From: Microbacterium sp.
GTDB lineage: Bacteria > Actinomycetota > Actinomycetes > Actinomycetales > Microbacteriaceae
DNA length: 64,000 nt
Direction of reading: 5' to 3'
Assembly: GCF_031179285.1 (NCBI RefSeq)
Contig: NZ_JAPSHY010000008.1
Location: 69,959-133,958, forward strand
Shown: positions 44,184 to 55,946 of the stretch, piece by piece
Position numbering within the stretch: position 1 is the first letter of the stretch
Layout: each line of letters starts with the position of its first letter
Notes under the pieces: model-generated
The model's input: only the letters and a program-made list of their open reading frames with translations
Told to the model about the DNA's origin: nothing
Database searches by the model: none
Program-made: the position numbers and the translations under genes

Positions 44184-45518
44184 TCAGTCGAAGATGCCGT
44201 CGAAGATGCTGCCGATGACGAGGCCGCCGAGGATGCCCGAGGCGATGTCGCCGCCTCCACCGCCGCGTCGACCGCCGCCCCAACCGCCACCGCCCCAGCC
44301 GTCCCCGCCCCAGCCCTGATCCTGCGGGCGAGAGGAGTCGATGTCGCGCTGCGCGAGCTGCAGCGCCTCGGATGCCAGGTACGCCACCCGGCGGGCGGTG
44401 TGAAGCGCTTCCTCGCGTGTCTCCTCTGCTGGCAGCAGTGCCGGCAGATCGACGCGCAGCCGCTCGGCCTCCGCGAGCCGGGTGCGTGCGTCTGCCCCGA
44501 TCCAACCGCGGTGGCCGGCGATCAGCCCGCGGGCGACACCGAGCTGGCGATCGGCGTCGTCGATGGCATGCTGCACGTGTTGCACGCTCGGAAGCGGATT
44601 CTCGGCACGGTGGCGAGCGGTCGCGATGGCCTCGTCGAGTGCGGAGTTCGCTGCACGCAGCTGCGACAGTTCCGCGAAGGGGTCACCCGGCGTGCCCGCA
44701 GGGGAGAGGGCGGCGAGCGCCTGCTCGAGCTCCGTGACGGCAGCGGTGACCGCCGGGACCCGCGGTGCGGTGCGGGCGGCGATGAGGTCGTTGCGTGAGT
44801 CAGCGACGACCTCCGCGAGAGTCGATTCGGCGCGCAGCGCCTCGATCTCGAAGTCCTCGACCGCGTCCAGAAGTGCAGATGCGCGCCGAGTGGCCTCGGT
44901 GGCGGTCTCCAGGGCGAGGTTCGCCTCTTCGTTCTGTTTTGCAGCCCGCCTGCGCTCGGAGACGTTGGCCCCGTGCACGGCGAAGGCGATGAGCTGCTCC
45001 GCCTCCTTCGCGCTCGCCGTGATCTGCGCCATCGCCGAATCCGAATAGCGTGCGGCGAGCCGCTCGATGGCGGCGTTCGTCTGGGGGATGCGCTCGCTCA
45101 AACGCTCAGCATCCGCGCGCACCTGCGCGATGATCTCAGGGGCTCGTCGCACCCGGGCGATGGATTCGGCGAGCTCGCCGGTCTTCTCATCGAGCAGGTC
45201 CAGTGCCCAGTCGCACAGCTGCACGATCCGCGCGTTGCGCGTGCGCAGCTCCTCCGGCGTGTCCGGGATCTCGTCGTGGTTGAGCTGGTGGAGCTGGAAA
45301 GCCTCCTGGAGGTGGGTGCGCACCGCGGTGACGGCCTTCTTCAGGTCGGCGGTGAGCGATTCGCCGAGCTCCGCATCGGCGAACGCGAGCTCGTCCGCCG
45401 TGGTGCGGATGCGCTCGTCCGTCGCCACCAGCGCCTGCTCGGCGCGGCGAGCGAGATCGGCATCCTGCGCCGCGAGGTCTTCTTCTTCGCGCTTGCGTTT
45501 GCCCCAGAATCCAGCCAT
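44184..45518 (-). CDS. Long coiled-coil protein with a Gly-rich C-terminus (resembles the C-terminal half of TPM-domain proteins)
   Basis: Ala/Glu/Arg-rich helices, IGADARTRLAEA, GGGGWGG...GILGGLVIGSIFDGIFD. Confidence 0.75.
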   Translation of the reverse strand: MAGFWGKRKREEEDLAAQDADLARRAEQALVATDERIRTTADELAFADAELGESLTADLKKAVTAVRTHLQEAFQLHQLNHDEIPDTPEELRTRNARIVQLCDWALDLLDEKTGELAESIARVRRAPEIIAQVRADAERLSERIPQTNAAIERLAARYSDSAMAQITASAKEAEQLIAFAVHGANVSERRRAAKQNEEANLALETATEATRRASALLDAVEDFEIEALRAESTLAEVVADSRNDLIAARTAPRVPAVTAAVTELEQALAALSPAGTPGDPFAELSQLRAANSALDEAIATARHRAENPLPSVQHVQHAIDDADRQLGVARGLIAGHRGWIGADARTRLAEAERLRVDLPALLPAEETREEALHTARRVAYLASEALQLAQRDIDSSRPQDQGWGGDGWGGGGWGGGRRGGGGGDIASGILGGLVIGSIFDGIFD

Positions 45519-45559
45519 GTCCCGATCTTACGGGAGCCGACCGACCTTCAGCCCGGTTG

Positions 45560-46216
45560 TCACGGCGAGACGGGCGCCGCACTTCCGCTTCCCGCGAACG
45601 GCACGGCGGCGCCGCGCGGCGCGACCTCTGCGTCCTTGCTCATCGGGCGGCCGCGTCGCGGACGTTCGGTGGCGAGCCCCAGCTCGATGGCGTGCAGCGG
45701 ATGCTGCGTCAGGTGCTGCTCGACATGATCGAGCCACCGCAGTTCCGCCTCGGCGGCGAAGATCAGCGAGTCGACGACGAGTGAGCGGGCGAGATCTTCG
45801 GGCGTGGCGGCGGACTCGAGTTCGCTTGCCGCCCTCAGCTTCTGCAGTCGAGAACGCGATGCCGCTCGCTGTACGCGGATGACGCCGGCGGCATCGACGC
45901 CGGGGAGGGTCGCGGCCAACGCGAGCTTCATGGTCAGCTCGTCCCTGGTCGCGGCGGAGCGTCGCACGGGATGCGCCAGCCACTGGGCGACTTCGGCGGA
46001 ACCGGCATCCGTGATGCGCCAGTACACGTGCCCCTGCGCATCGGCGTCGCCCCGCTCGACGAGAGCGTCGCGCTCGAGCCGTTCGAGCGTGTTGTAGATC
46101 TGCCCGACGTTGAGCGGCCAGGTGGAGCCGGTGCGCCGGTCGAACTCGTGCCTCAGCTGATATCCGTAGCAGGGCCCCTGATCGAGGATGGCGAGCAGGC
46201 TCTGGCGCACCGACAC
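45560..46216 (-). CDS. PadR family transcriptional regulator
   Basis: LLAILDQGPCYGYQLR..F, WPLNVGQIYNTLERLERD, YWRITDAG. Confidence 0.92.
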   Translation of the reverse strand: MSVRQSLLAILDQGPCYGYQLRHEFDRRTGSTWPLNVGQIYNTLERLERDALVERGDADAQGHVYWRITDAGSAEVAQWLAHPVRRSAATRDELTMKLALAATLPGVDAAGVIRVQRAASRSRLQKLRAASELESAATPEDLARSLVVDSLIFAAEAELRWLDHVEQHLTQHPLHAIELGLATERPRRGRPMSKDAEVAPRGAAVPFAGSGSAAPVSP

Positions 46217-46251
46217 ACGCAACTCCGTCCGACAGGTCATGCAAGGCTGTA

Positions 46252-46271
46252 CCGAGTATATGGATACTCGG
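46252..46271. promoter_or_regulatory. Palindromic operator candidate overlapping the padR -10 element
   Basis: CCGAGTAT-atgg-ATACTCGG; the minus-strand TATACT -10 lies inside it. Confidence 0.65.
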
Positions 46272-46397
46272 AAACGCATGAGGGTGAACGCTCGCAGGCG
46301 ACGCGCAGGTCACAGGCCGGTAACATGACACAGTATGCCTGTGCGTGCCCGAGGACGGGCGCCCGGCAGAAGACCCACCAACAGGGAGAAGACATCT

Positions 46398-49199
<2,802 letters not shown>

Positions 49200-49206
49200 C
49201 AGAGCA

Positions 49207-49244
49207 CGATGAAGGCCCGGTCCGCAGGGACCGGTCCTTCATCG
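49207..49244 (+). terminator. secA terminator hairpin
   Basis: CGATGAAGG.CCGGTCC-gcag-GGACCGG.CCTTCATCG. Confidence 0.82.
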
Positions 49245-49324
49245 TCGGCGGGACTGAACTCGCTTCGTGCGGCACCGCCACGCCGACGGACGATGCTTCG
49301 CGAGACGGGCGATAGGCTTGGCCG

Positions 49325-50551
49325 ATGACACCAACGCGCCACTTCGATCAGTCGTCGAAGCTCAAGAACGTCCTGTACGAGATCCGTGGAAACACGCTCG
49401 TCGAGGCGGCGCGGCTGGAGGCCGAGGGCCACAAGGTGCTCAAGCTCAACACCGGAAATCCGGCGATCTTCGGGTTCGAGGCCCCGCACCAGATCGTGCA
49501 CGACATGCTGGCGGCCCTCCCCACCGCCCACGGTTACAGCGACAGCAAGGGCATCATCTCGGCGCGCCGGGCCGTCGTCAGCCGCTACGAGCAGATCCCG
49601 GGCTTTCCTCGTATCGATCCCGATGACGTCTACCTCGGCAACGGCGTCTCGGAACTCATCACGATGACGATGCAGGCGCTGCTCGACGAGGGTGATGAGG
49701 TGCTCATCCCGGCCCCGGACTACCCGCTGTGGACCGCGATGACGAGCCTCGCGGGCGGCACGCCGGTGCACTACCTCTGCGACGAGGAAGACGGCTGGCA
49801 GCCCGACCTGGAAGACGTCCGCTCCAAGATCACGCCGAGGACCAAGGCGCTGGTCATCATCAACCCGAACAATCCCACCGGGGTCGTCTACTCACGCGAC
49901 GTGCTCGAAGGACTCGTGCAGATCGCGCGGGAGCACCAGTTGCTGCTGCTCTCGGATGAGATCTACGACCGCATCCTGTTCGATGACGCTGTTCACATCC
50001 CGACCGCCACCCTCGCGCCCGATCTGCTGTGTCTGACCTTCAACGGCCTCTCGAAGACGTACCGCGTCGCCGGGTACCGCTCCGGGTGGCTCGTCATCAG
50101 CGGCCCGCAGTCCCACGCGAAGGGATTCATCGAGGGGATCACGCTGCTCGCATCGACGCGGTTGTGCCCCAACGTGCCGTCGCAGCACGCCCTCCAGGCG
50201 GCGCTCTCCGGCGTGCAGTCCATCGACGCCCTGATCGCACCGACCGGCCGGCTCCACGAACAGCGAGACATCGCCTGGCAGGGTCTCGAGTCGATTCCCG
50301 GCGTCTCGTGCGTGAAGCCCGAGGGGGCGCTGTACGCCTTCCCGCGGCTCGACCCGAACGTCCATGAGATCAGGGACGATGCCAAGCTCGTCTTCGACCT
50401 GCTCGTCTCCGAGCACATCCTTCTCGTGCAGGGCACCGGATTCAACTGGCAGACTCCGGATCACCTCCGGATCGTGACCCTGCCGGAGGCACGTGTGCTC
50501 AGCGAGGCGATCGAGCGACTCGGAAACTTTCTCGCCAGCTACCGCCAGTAG
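49325..50551 (+). CDS. alaA: PLP-dependent alanine transaminase (AlaA/AlaT type)
   Basis: VLYEIRG, LKLNTGNP, GNGVSELI, INPNNPTG, SDEIYD, NGLSKTYRVAGYRSGW. Confidence 0.9.
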   Translation: MTPTRHFDQSSKLKNVLYEIRGNTLVEAARLEAEGHKVLKLNTGNPAIFGFEAPHQIVHDMLAALPTAHGYSDSKGIISARRAVVSRYEQIPGFPRIDPDDVYLGNGVSELITMTMQALLDEGDEVLIPAPDYPLWTAMTSLAGGTPVHYLCDEEDGWQPDLEDVRSKITPRTKALVIINPNNPTGVVYSRDVLEGLVQIAREHQLLLLSDEIYDRILFDDAVHIPTATLAPDLLCLTFNGLSKTYRVAGYRSGWLVISGPQSHAKGFIEGITLLASTRLCPNVPSQHALQAALSGVQSIDALIAPTGRLHEQRDIAWQGLESIPGVSCVKPEGALYAFPRLDPNVHEIRDDAKLVFDLLVSEHILLVQGTGFNWQTPDHLRIVTLPEARVLSEAIERLGNFLASYRQ

Positions 50552-51770
50552 CCGGCGTCTTCCTCCTCGGTGCGGTCGCAGCACCTGCGGCCGACGAATC
50601 CCCCGACGGAGCTGCCGGTGTGAGAGCTCCGGCGAGCCGGCGCACGGCTGCCACGAGCGGCGAGCGAGGGGTCACATCGGTCATCGGTCTCGCGTGCAGG
50701 AGCGCGGCGTCGGCCGCACGAAGGTCGTACGGCAGGAACGTCACGTCGGTGATACCCGCGAAACGATCGAGCGTGCGGCGGATCTGACCGCGAGCGTCGA
50801 TCCCGAGCGGTCCCTGACGCACCTGATTGACGACGACCGCGATGGGAGACGGTCCGATCAGGTCGCGAAGCTCGGCATGGTCGCGAAGGAACCTGCTGAT
50901 CCCGAGCGGGTCGGCAGCGGCGACGGCGACGACCAGGTCCGCCTCGCGAAGCGCGGCCGTGGTCGCGGCGTGACGGCGCGGACCCACGAGGTCGAATGTC
51001 GTCTCATCGTCCGCGTCGAGCGCCGCTCCGATATCGACGACGATCTCCTGGGCCCACTGCCGGCAGACCTGGAGCGCGGTGCGCAGGCGAGGGGCGGAGA
51101 GTTCCGGCCAGCGGCTGGGGCGGTTGATGCCGGCCAGAACATCGACGGAGCCGGCGCTCGTCTCGACAGTCGCGGCCAGCCGATCGAGTTCGGCGGAATC
51201 CAGACCGCCGAGCTCGGCGCGCCGGCACGCGGCGGCGATGCCGGGGGCATCGTCGCTCAATCCGAGGAGGAGGGCCAGAGCCGGTGCCACCGTGTCGGCG
51301 TCGACGAGAGCCGTACGACGGCCGCTGCGGGCCAGTTCGACGGCGAGCTGGATGGCGACGGTGGAGCGACCGGGCGCGCCCTGCGGCCCCCACACCGCGA
51401 TGACACGGCTTGCCGGCTCCGGCACCCTGCGCGCTGTGGCGGGGGAGTCCGCCTGAATCGCGGCCGCCACCTGCCACCCCGCGGCGTCCGCCGGGAGCGC
51501 GGCCGTCAATCCGTAGCGGCCGAGAAGACGGCTGTCGCCGTCGCCCAGGGGAATGATGCGCACGCCGCCTCGGTCGCAGGCGGCGATGAGTTCGGCGGTG
51601 AGGATGGTCCGGGCGGCCGGCGCGATGAGCGTGGCGGCGCCCGCGAGGTGAGGCAAGATCGGCGCAGACGGAGCGACGATCGTGATGCCGTCGATGCCCT
51701 CGAGCTCCAGCTCCGCGGCGAGACTGCTGGCGCGCGGCTCCGGGATGGTGATCACGACGTCGCCGTTCAT
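50499..51770 (-). CDS. CpaE/MinD-ParA-like P-loop protein with a deviant Walker A
   Basis: IAVWGPQGAPGRST, LVDADT, VVDIG, VVVNQVR; degenerate receiver-like N-terminus. Confidence 0.78.
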   Translation of the reverse strand: MNGDVVITIPEPRASSLAAELELEGIDGITIVAPSAPILPHLAGAATLIAPAARTILTAELIAACDRGGVRIIPLGDGDSRLLGRYGLTAALPADAAGWQVAAAIQADSPATARRVPEPASRVIAVWGPQGAPGRSTVAIQLAVELARSGRRTALVDADTVAPALALLLGLSDDAPGIAAACRRAELGGLDSAELDRLAATVETSAGSVDVLAGINRPSRWPELSAPRLRTALQVCRQWAQEIVVDIGAALDADDETTFDLVGPRRHAATTAALREADLVVAVAAADPLGISRFLRDHAELRDLIGPSPIAVVVNQVRQGPLGIDARGQIRRTLDRFAGITDVTFLPYDLRAADAALLHARPMTDVTPRSPLVAAVRRLAGALTPAAPSGDSSAAGAATAPRRKTPATGGSWRESFRVARSPR

Positions 51771-52387
51771 GAGCTCGCGCCGATCGGAACAAGCGACAGC
51801 GCCGAGCCCCCGGTGACGGCTGCCAGCACATCCGCGACGTCCGATCGATCGATCACCACCTCGACGCCGGTGCCCTCGGTGGCGAGCATCCCCTCCGACT
51901 CGATGACCGATGAGACGGCGGCGTCAGCGACGAGGATCCGCGGCGCGTCATGGGAGCGCCCGTCGGGGAGCAGCGGCGCGTGCCAGAGTTCGACGATCGT
52001 GCCGGGACCGACACCGGCCGGGATGCCGGTGCTGCTTTGGATCACGATCGTCGTCGTCCGTCCGCTGTCCGCCTCGGCGGCTGCCGCCGCTGGTACCAGC
52101 TCTCCCTCGGTGAGGGTTCTCGCGGCGATCTGGCCCGATTCCAGATCCTGCGGCGCGAGGTAGTCCGACGAGGCCGCGCCCAAGCTCACCTCCACCACCT
52201 GGAAGTCCGCCGACACCAGCGTCTCGCCCTGCACGATGGTGCGGTTGGCCTGCAGCACCGGCGTGGTGCGTCCGGCGGACGAGACGACCAGCCACACCCC
52301 GGCGATCGAGAGCGCCACCAGCGCGATACCGATCAGGAAGCGCACGTCACCCCAGAAGGCGCGCCGCGGTCGTGGGTTCGTCGTCAT
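51767..52387 (-). CDS. SAF-domain / CpaB-like membrane-anchored protein
   Basis: D.RFLIGIALVALSIAG, A.RTI..GE.L...D...V.V.LG, RTLTEGELVP. Confidence 0.78.
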   Translation of the reverse strand: MTTNPRPRRAFWGDVRFLIGIALVALSIAGVWLVVSSAGRTTPVLQANRTIVQGETLVSADFQVVEVSLGAASSDYLAPQDLESGQIAARTLTEGELVPAAAAAEADSGRTTTIVIQSSTGIPAGVGPGTIVELWHAPLLPDGRSHDAPRILVADAAVSSVIESEGMLATEGTGVEVVIDRSDVADVLAAVTGGSALSLVPIGASS

Positions 52388-52418
52388 GCAGACATGGTCA
52401 CAGAAACGCGCGGATCAC

Positions 52419-52435
52419 CGCCCGACTTATCCACA
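52419..52435. promoter_or_regulatory. DnaA-box-containing motif, copy 1
   Basis: CGCCCGAC-TTATCCACA; box at 52427-52435, 40 nt from the SAF gene start. Confidence 0.7.
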
Positions 52436-52486
52436 GGGCCCTCGCCAAGGAGGGTTTCCGGTGTCGGCGGGGGAGAGAATGGTGAC

Positions 52487-52762
52487 ATGCCCGATTCGCC
52501 CGTATCCGCCCCTCGCTTCCTCGCGCCTGCCCAGGTCGCCGAGTTGCTGAGCATCGATGTCGACGAGGTGATCGCGCTCGTGATGGAGGGGCGGCTCAGA
52601 GGGTCCCAGCTCGGGTCTCCGGCGCGCTGGCGGGTCGAGGAGTCGAGCCTGTCGGAGTACCTCGCCGAGCAGTCGGAGCATTCGAGGCGGATGGCGCTGT
52701 GGCGCCAGGCCAACGAGGCGAGTTTCCCCGAGGTCTGGGGTACTTCCACTCACGGCAGCTGA
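52487..52762 (+). CDS. Small excisionase/BldC-like HTH protein
   Basis: RFLAPAQVAELLSI...V..LV..G.L.G.QLG....WRV. Confidence 0.82.
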   Translation: MPDSPVSAPRFLAPAQVAELLSIDVDEVIALVMEGRLRGSQLGSPARWRVEESSLSEYLAEQSEHSRRMALWRQANEASFPEVWGTSTHGS

Positions 52763-53358
52763 GCGTCACCCGACGTCCGGATCCAGAGGATCGCGGTGAA
52801 CGGGATGATGCGGAATCCGCGCACGGCCCCTGCTCGCCGAGGCTCTCCGGCATCGTGTTCGGCCAGGTCGAGGTGATCGGCGCCTGCACGATCGACGGTA
52901 CCGTGGACGTCTCCGCCATCGCGCAGAGCGATGCGCAGCGGCACCCGACGGCGGGCCATGTCGCGCAGCACGAAGCCCAGGCTCATCCGCTCTCGCAGCT
53001 CCGGAGCCGTCTGCGCGTGCGCATCCAGACTGGCCAGCAGCACCCCATGATCGGTCGACACGCCCCGGATCATCGCAAGCGGGATCACCGACACGGCGGA
53101 TCGAGCGCCTCCGCCGGGCGCGGACTCGGCCGCGAGCCAGTCGGATCCGAGTGCGCGCAGTCTCACGGAGAGGCGCTGGGTGCCGGCGAGTTCGAGGATC
53201 ACCGGAGCGTCGAGGCTGCACAGCGTCCGCAACCGGGTGCGCAGCTCGAGCCGAGAGATGCGCAGCCGCTCGGACTCGGCATCGAGCGACGCGCGTTCGG
53301 CCTCCCATTCGGAGGCGAGCTGACCCTCGAGGTCCTCGAACAATCTGTCCCACTGCAC
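52750..53358 (-). CDS. Conserved actinobacterial hypothetical protein (WDRLFEDLEGQ family)
   Basis: MQWDRLFEDLEGQL, L.A.GSDW, GTVDRAGADHLDLA..D.GE.RR; TACGCT -10 lies 7 nt upstream. Confidence 0.8.
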   Translation of the reverse strand: MQWDRLFEDLEGQLASEWEAERASLDAESERLRISRLELRTRLRTLCSLDAPVILELAGTQRLSVRLRALGSDWLAAESAPGGGARSAVSVIPLAMIRGVSTDHGVLLASLDAHAQTAPELRERMSLGFVLRDMARRRVPLRIALRDGGDVHGTVDRAGADHLDLAEHDAGEPRRAGAVRGFRIIPFTAILWIRTSGDAQLP

Positions 53359-53389
53359 GCGACCGAGCGTAGGGGAGCGGCGCGTGCGA

Positions 53390-53406
53390 CGTCCGAGTTA
53401 TCCACA
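53390..53406. promoter_or_regulatory. DnaA-box-containing motif, copy 2
   Basis: CGTCCGAG-TTATCCACA; box at 53398-53406, 40 nt from the 53358 gene start. Confidence 0.7.
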
Positions 53407-53483
53407 ATTCGGCGGCGGGGTCTTCACCTTCGGCGCTCGGCGTGCTGTACTTCTCGCAGTTGCCGAGACCGAGAGCGCCACCG

Positions 53484-53870
53484 ATGATGTTGAACGAGTA
53501 CTTCGCACCGCAGCCGACGCCGTCGTCCGAGTTGCCGGAGCCCACGCCGCTGCTGCGCAGCCTCACGCAGGGGGTGCTCGAAGTCCTCGCCGGCGTGCGC
53601 GAGGTCGATCAGCTCGCCAGGTGGTTCAGCGAGGACGCCTTCCGGAGCCTGGTGACACGCGCGAACCTCTCGGCGCGAGCCCGTAGCGCCCGCGGCGTCG
53701 TCCCGGCCCGCCCGACCTTCGAGATCCTCTCCATCCGCTGCTCCGCCCCGGCAGACAGCGTCGTCGAGTCCGTGGTCGTGGTCGCGGGCCCCGGGCGCAC
53801 GCGTGCCGTCGCCATCCGCATCGAGGGCCTGGACCGCAGATGGCGCGCGACATCGCTGGCCATCCTCTGA
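53484..53870 (+). CDS. Rv3235 family (DUF6459) protein; start uncertain
   Basis: LEVLAGVREVDQLARW, RTRAVAIRIEG..RRWRAT. Confidence 0.85.
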   Translation: MMLNEYFAPQPTPSSELPEPTPLLRSLTQGVLEVLAGVREVDQLARWFSEDAFRSLVTRANLSARARSARGVVPARPTFEILSIRCSAPADSVVESVVVVAGPGRTRAVAIRIEGLDRRWRATSLAIL

Positions 53871-53894
53871 GCGAAGTGACCCTAGGCTTGTGGG

Positions 53895-55379
53895 GTGCCA
53901 ACCCTCAGTGATCTCGCCCAGGCTCAGGGCTGCCTGACCGACGACGACGTCGAATGGCTTCACCGCCTCGCCGGAGACGGCCAGCTTCTCGCCGACCTCG
54001 CGTCAGCCGACATCGTCGTGTGGATCCGAACAGACGACGGCTCATTCGTGGCCGTGGCCCACGCCCGCCCGAGCGGAGCCGCGACGCTGTTCTACCGCGA
54101 CATCGTCGGTGAGCGGGTCAGGCCGCAATGGCGCACGCAGGTGCACGGCGCGTATGAGTCCGGCGAGATCGTCGACTCGTCGTCGCCGGACTGGTTCGAG
54201 GAGACGCCGACGAGGGTGCGTGCGGTTCCGATCGTCAGCGAGCGCAGCAACGGCGAGACGTCGGCCGCTGTCATCGGTGTCGTCACCCGGCACACCAATC
54301 TCGGCGAGGCACGCACGCCGTCGCGGCAGCAGATCACGTTCGAGGAGTGCGCGAACGATCTGTTCCGCATGATCGCCGACGGCAGCTTCCCCGACCTCGC
54401 CGCCCCCACGTCTCCCCGTCGAGGCGCGCCTCGAGCATCGGACGGTCTGATCAGGATCGACGTGGACGGAATCACGACGTTCGCCAGTCCGAACGCGCTG
54501 TCCGCCTTCAACCGGATGGGTTTCGACGACGAGCTCGAAGGAGAGTCGCTCGCCGAGGTCACCACGCGTCTCGTTCCGCCGTCCCGGCAGGTCGATGAGT
54601 CTCTGCCCGTCGTCGTCACCGGCCGCGCCCCCTGGCGCACCGACATCGAGGCGCGGGGAGTGACCGTCTCGCTGCGCGCCATCCCGCTGAAGGATCGCGG
54701 GAATCGGATCGGCGCGATTCTGCTGTGCCGTGATGTCTCGGAACTGCGACACCAGGAGCAGGAGCTCATCACCAAGGATGCGACGATCCGCGAGATCCAC
54801 CACCGGGTGAAGAACAACCTGCAGACGGTGGCCTCGCTGCTGCGGATCCAGGCGCGACGCACCCACTCCGAAGAGGCGCGCGATGCGCTCACCCAGGCGA
54901 TGCGGCGGGTCGACGCGATCGCCGTCGTGCACGACACGCTCGCGCAGGGGCTGACGCAGAAGGTCGATTTCGACGAGGTCTTCCAGCGCGCGCTCAAGCT
55001 CGTCGCCGAGGTCGCATCCGCACCGAACACGCGCGCCCGCGTGCGATCGAGCGGCAAGTTCGGCGTCCTGCCGAGCGAATACGCCACCCCTCTCGCCCTC
55101 GCGCTCACCGAGGTCGTGACCAACGCGGTGGAGCACGGGCTCGCCGGGCAGGAGGGCTCGGTGACGGTCGATGCCGTCCGCACCGAGGAGAACCTCCGCG
55201 TGACGGTGAGTGACACCGGACACGGCTTGCCCGAGGGGCGCATCGGTCAGGGCTTGGGCACCCAGATCATCCGCACCCTGATCCAGGGTGAGCTCGGCGG
55301 GACGATCGACTGGCAGGGCGACGAGGGCGAAGGCACCACGGTGACCATCGACATCCCGCTGCGCTGGCTGACCAAGTGA
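53895..55379 (+). CDS. pdtaS: Soluble sensor kinase PdtaS (GAF-PAS-HisKA_2)
   Basis: QLLADLASAD, SDGLIR, IREIHHRVKNNLQTVASLLR, NAVEHGL, GLGTQI. Confidence 0.93.
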   Translation: MPTLSDLAQAQGCLTDDDVEWLHRLAGDGQLLADLASADIVVWIRTDDGSFVAVAHARPSGAATLFYRDIVGERVRPQWRTQVHGAYESGEIVDSSSPDWFEETPTRVRAVPIVSERSNGETSAAVIGVVTRHTNLGEARTPSRQQITFEECANDLFRMIADGSFPDLAAPTSPRRGAPRASDGLIRIDVDGITTFASPNALSAFNRMGFDDELEGESLAEVTTRLVPPSRQVDESLPVVVTGRAPWRTDIEARGVTVSLRAIPLKDRGNRIGAILLCRDVSELRHQEQELITKDATIREIHHRVKNNLQTVASLLRIQARRTHSEEARDALTQAMRRVDAIAVVHDTLAQGLTQKVDFDEVFQRALKLVAEVASAPNTRARVRSSGKFGVLPSEYATPLALALTEVVTNAVEHGLAGQEGSVTVDAVRTEENLRVTVSDTGHGLPEGRIGQGLGTQIIRTLIQGELGGTIDWQGDEGEGTTVTIDIPLRWLTK

Positions 55380-55400
55380 GGCCGGGCGCACGGTCCTGAC

Positions 55401-55444
55401 GCGGATTCAATCCGCCCGAGAGCGCAGAGGCAGGTGCGCTCGGG
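55401..55444. terminator. Two hairpins between the convergent pdtaS and whiB1
   Basis: GCGGAT-tca-ATCCGC and CCCGA(GA)GCGCA-N8-TGCGCTCGGG. Confidence 0.5.
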
Positions 55445-55466
55445 CCGCGTCCCCTGCCCGAGGCGG

Positions 55467-55715
55467 TCAGGACGCGCGGCGTGCGCGCGCTGCGCGGCGC
55501 TTGAGTGCGCGGCGCTCGTCTTCGGAGAGACCTCCCCAGACGCCCGAGTCCTGACTGGACTCGAGGGCGTACTGCAGGCAGATCTCGGTCACCGTGCAGG
55601 TGGCGCAGACAGTCTTCGCCTTCTCGATCTGATCGACGGCCGGACCGGTGTTCCCGACGGGGAAGAACAGTTCGGGGTCGACAGTCAGGCAGGCGGCCTT
55701 GTCGCGCCAATCCAT
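55467..55715 (-). CDS. whiB1: WhiB1 Fe-S transcription factor
   Basis: MDWRDKAACLTVDPELFFPVGNTGPA..QIEKAK.VC..C.V...CLQYA...QDSGVWGGLSEDERRALKRR. Confidence 0.96.
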   Translation of the reverse strand: MDWRDKAACLTVDPELFFPVGNTGPAVDQIEKAKTVCATCTVTEICLQYALESSQDSGVWGGLSEDERRALKRRAARARRAS

Positions 55716-55946
55716 GGGGGCTCCTCGGTGTGGATTTCAAGAGCGATCGCGATGCGATGCTCGATTCGGGCGTCGGTTCGGGTTCCGCTACCCTGTTCTG
55801 AGATGCGGGCGGATGCCCGCGTTAGTGTTGCGAGCGAAGCGCTCGCCCCACGCCGCTGTGGGAGCACATGACTTTGTCTATTCTGTTACATGAAACCTGC
55901 GAAATCAAGGTTTTTCCTCCTTCTCACTCGATTCCCAGGAGACGTC

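Noticed and set aside
46258-46271. Resemblance of the padR half-site (minus strand CCGAGTATCCATA) to the CCGAGTTATCCACA motif
   Set aside because: It needs an indel and a mismatch inside the box; chance similarity cannot be excluded.
52487-52762. Excisionase-like HTH as a sign of a prophage or ICE
   Set aside because: No integrase, att sites or phage genes nearby; it sits in a conserved chromosomal neighbourhood.
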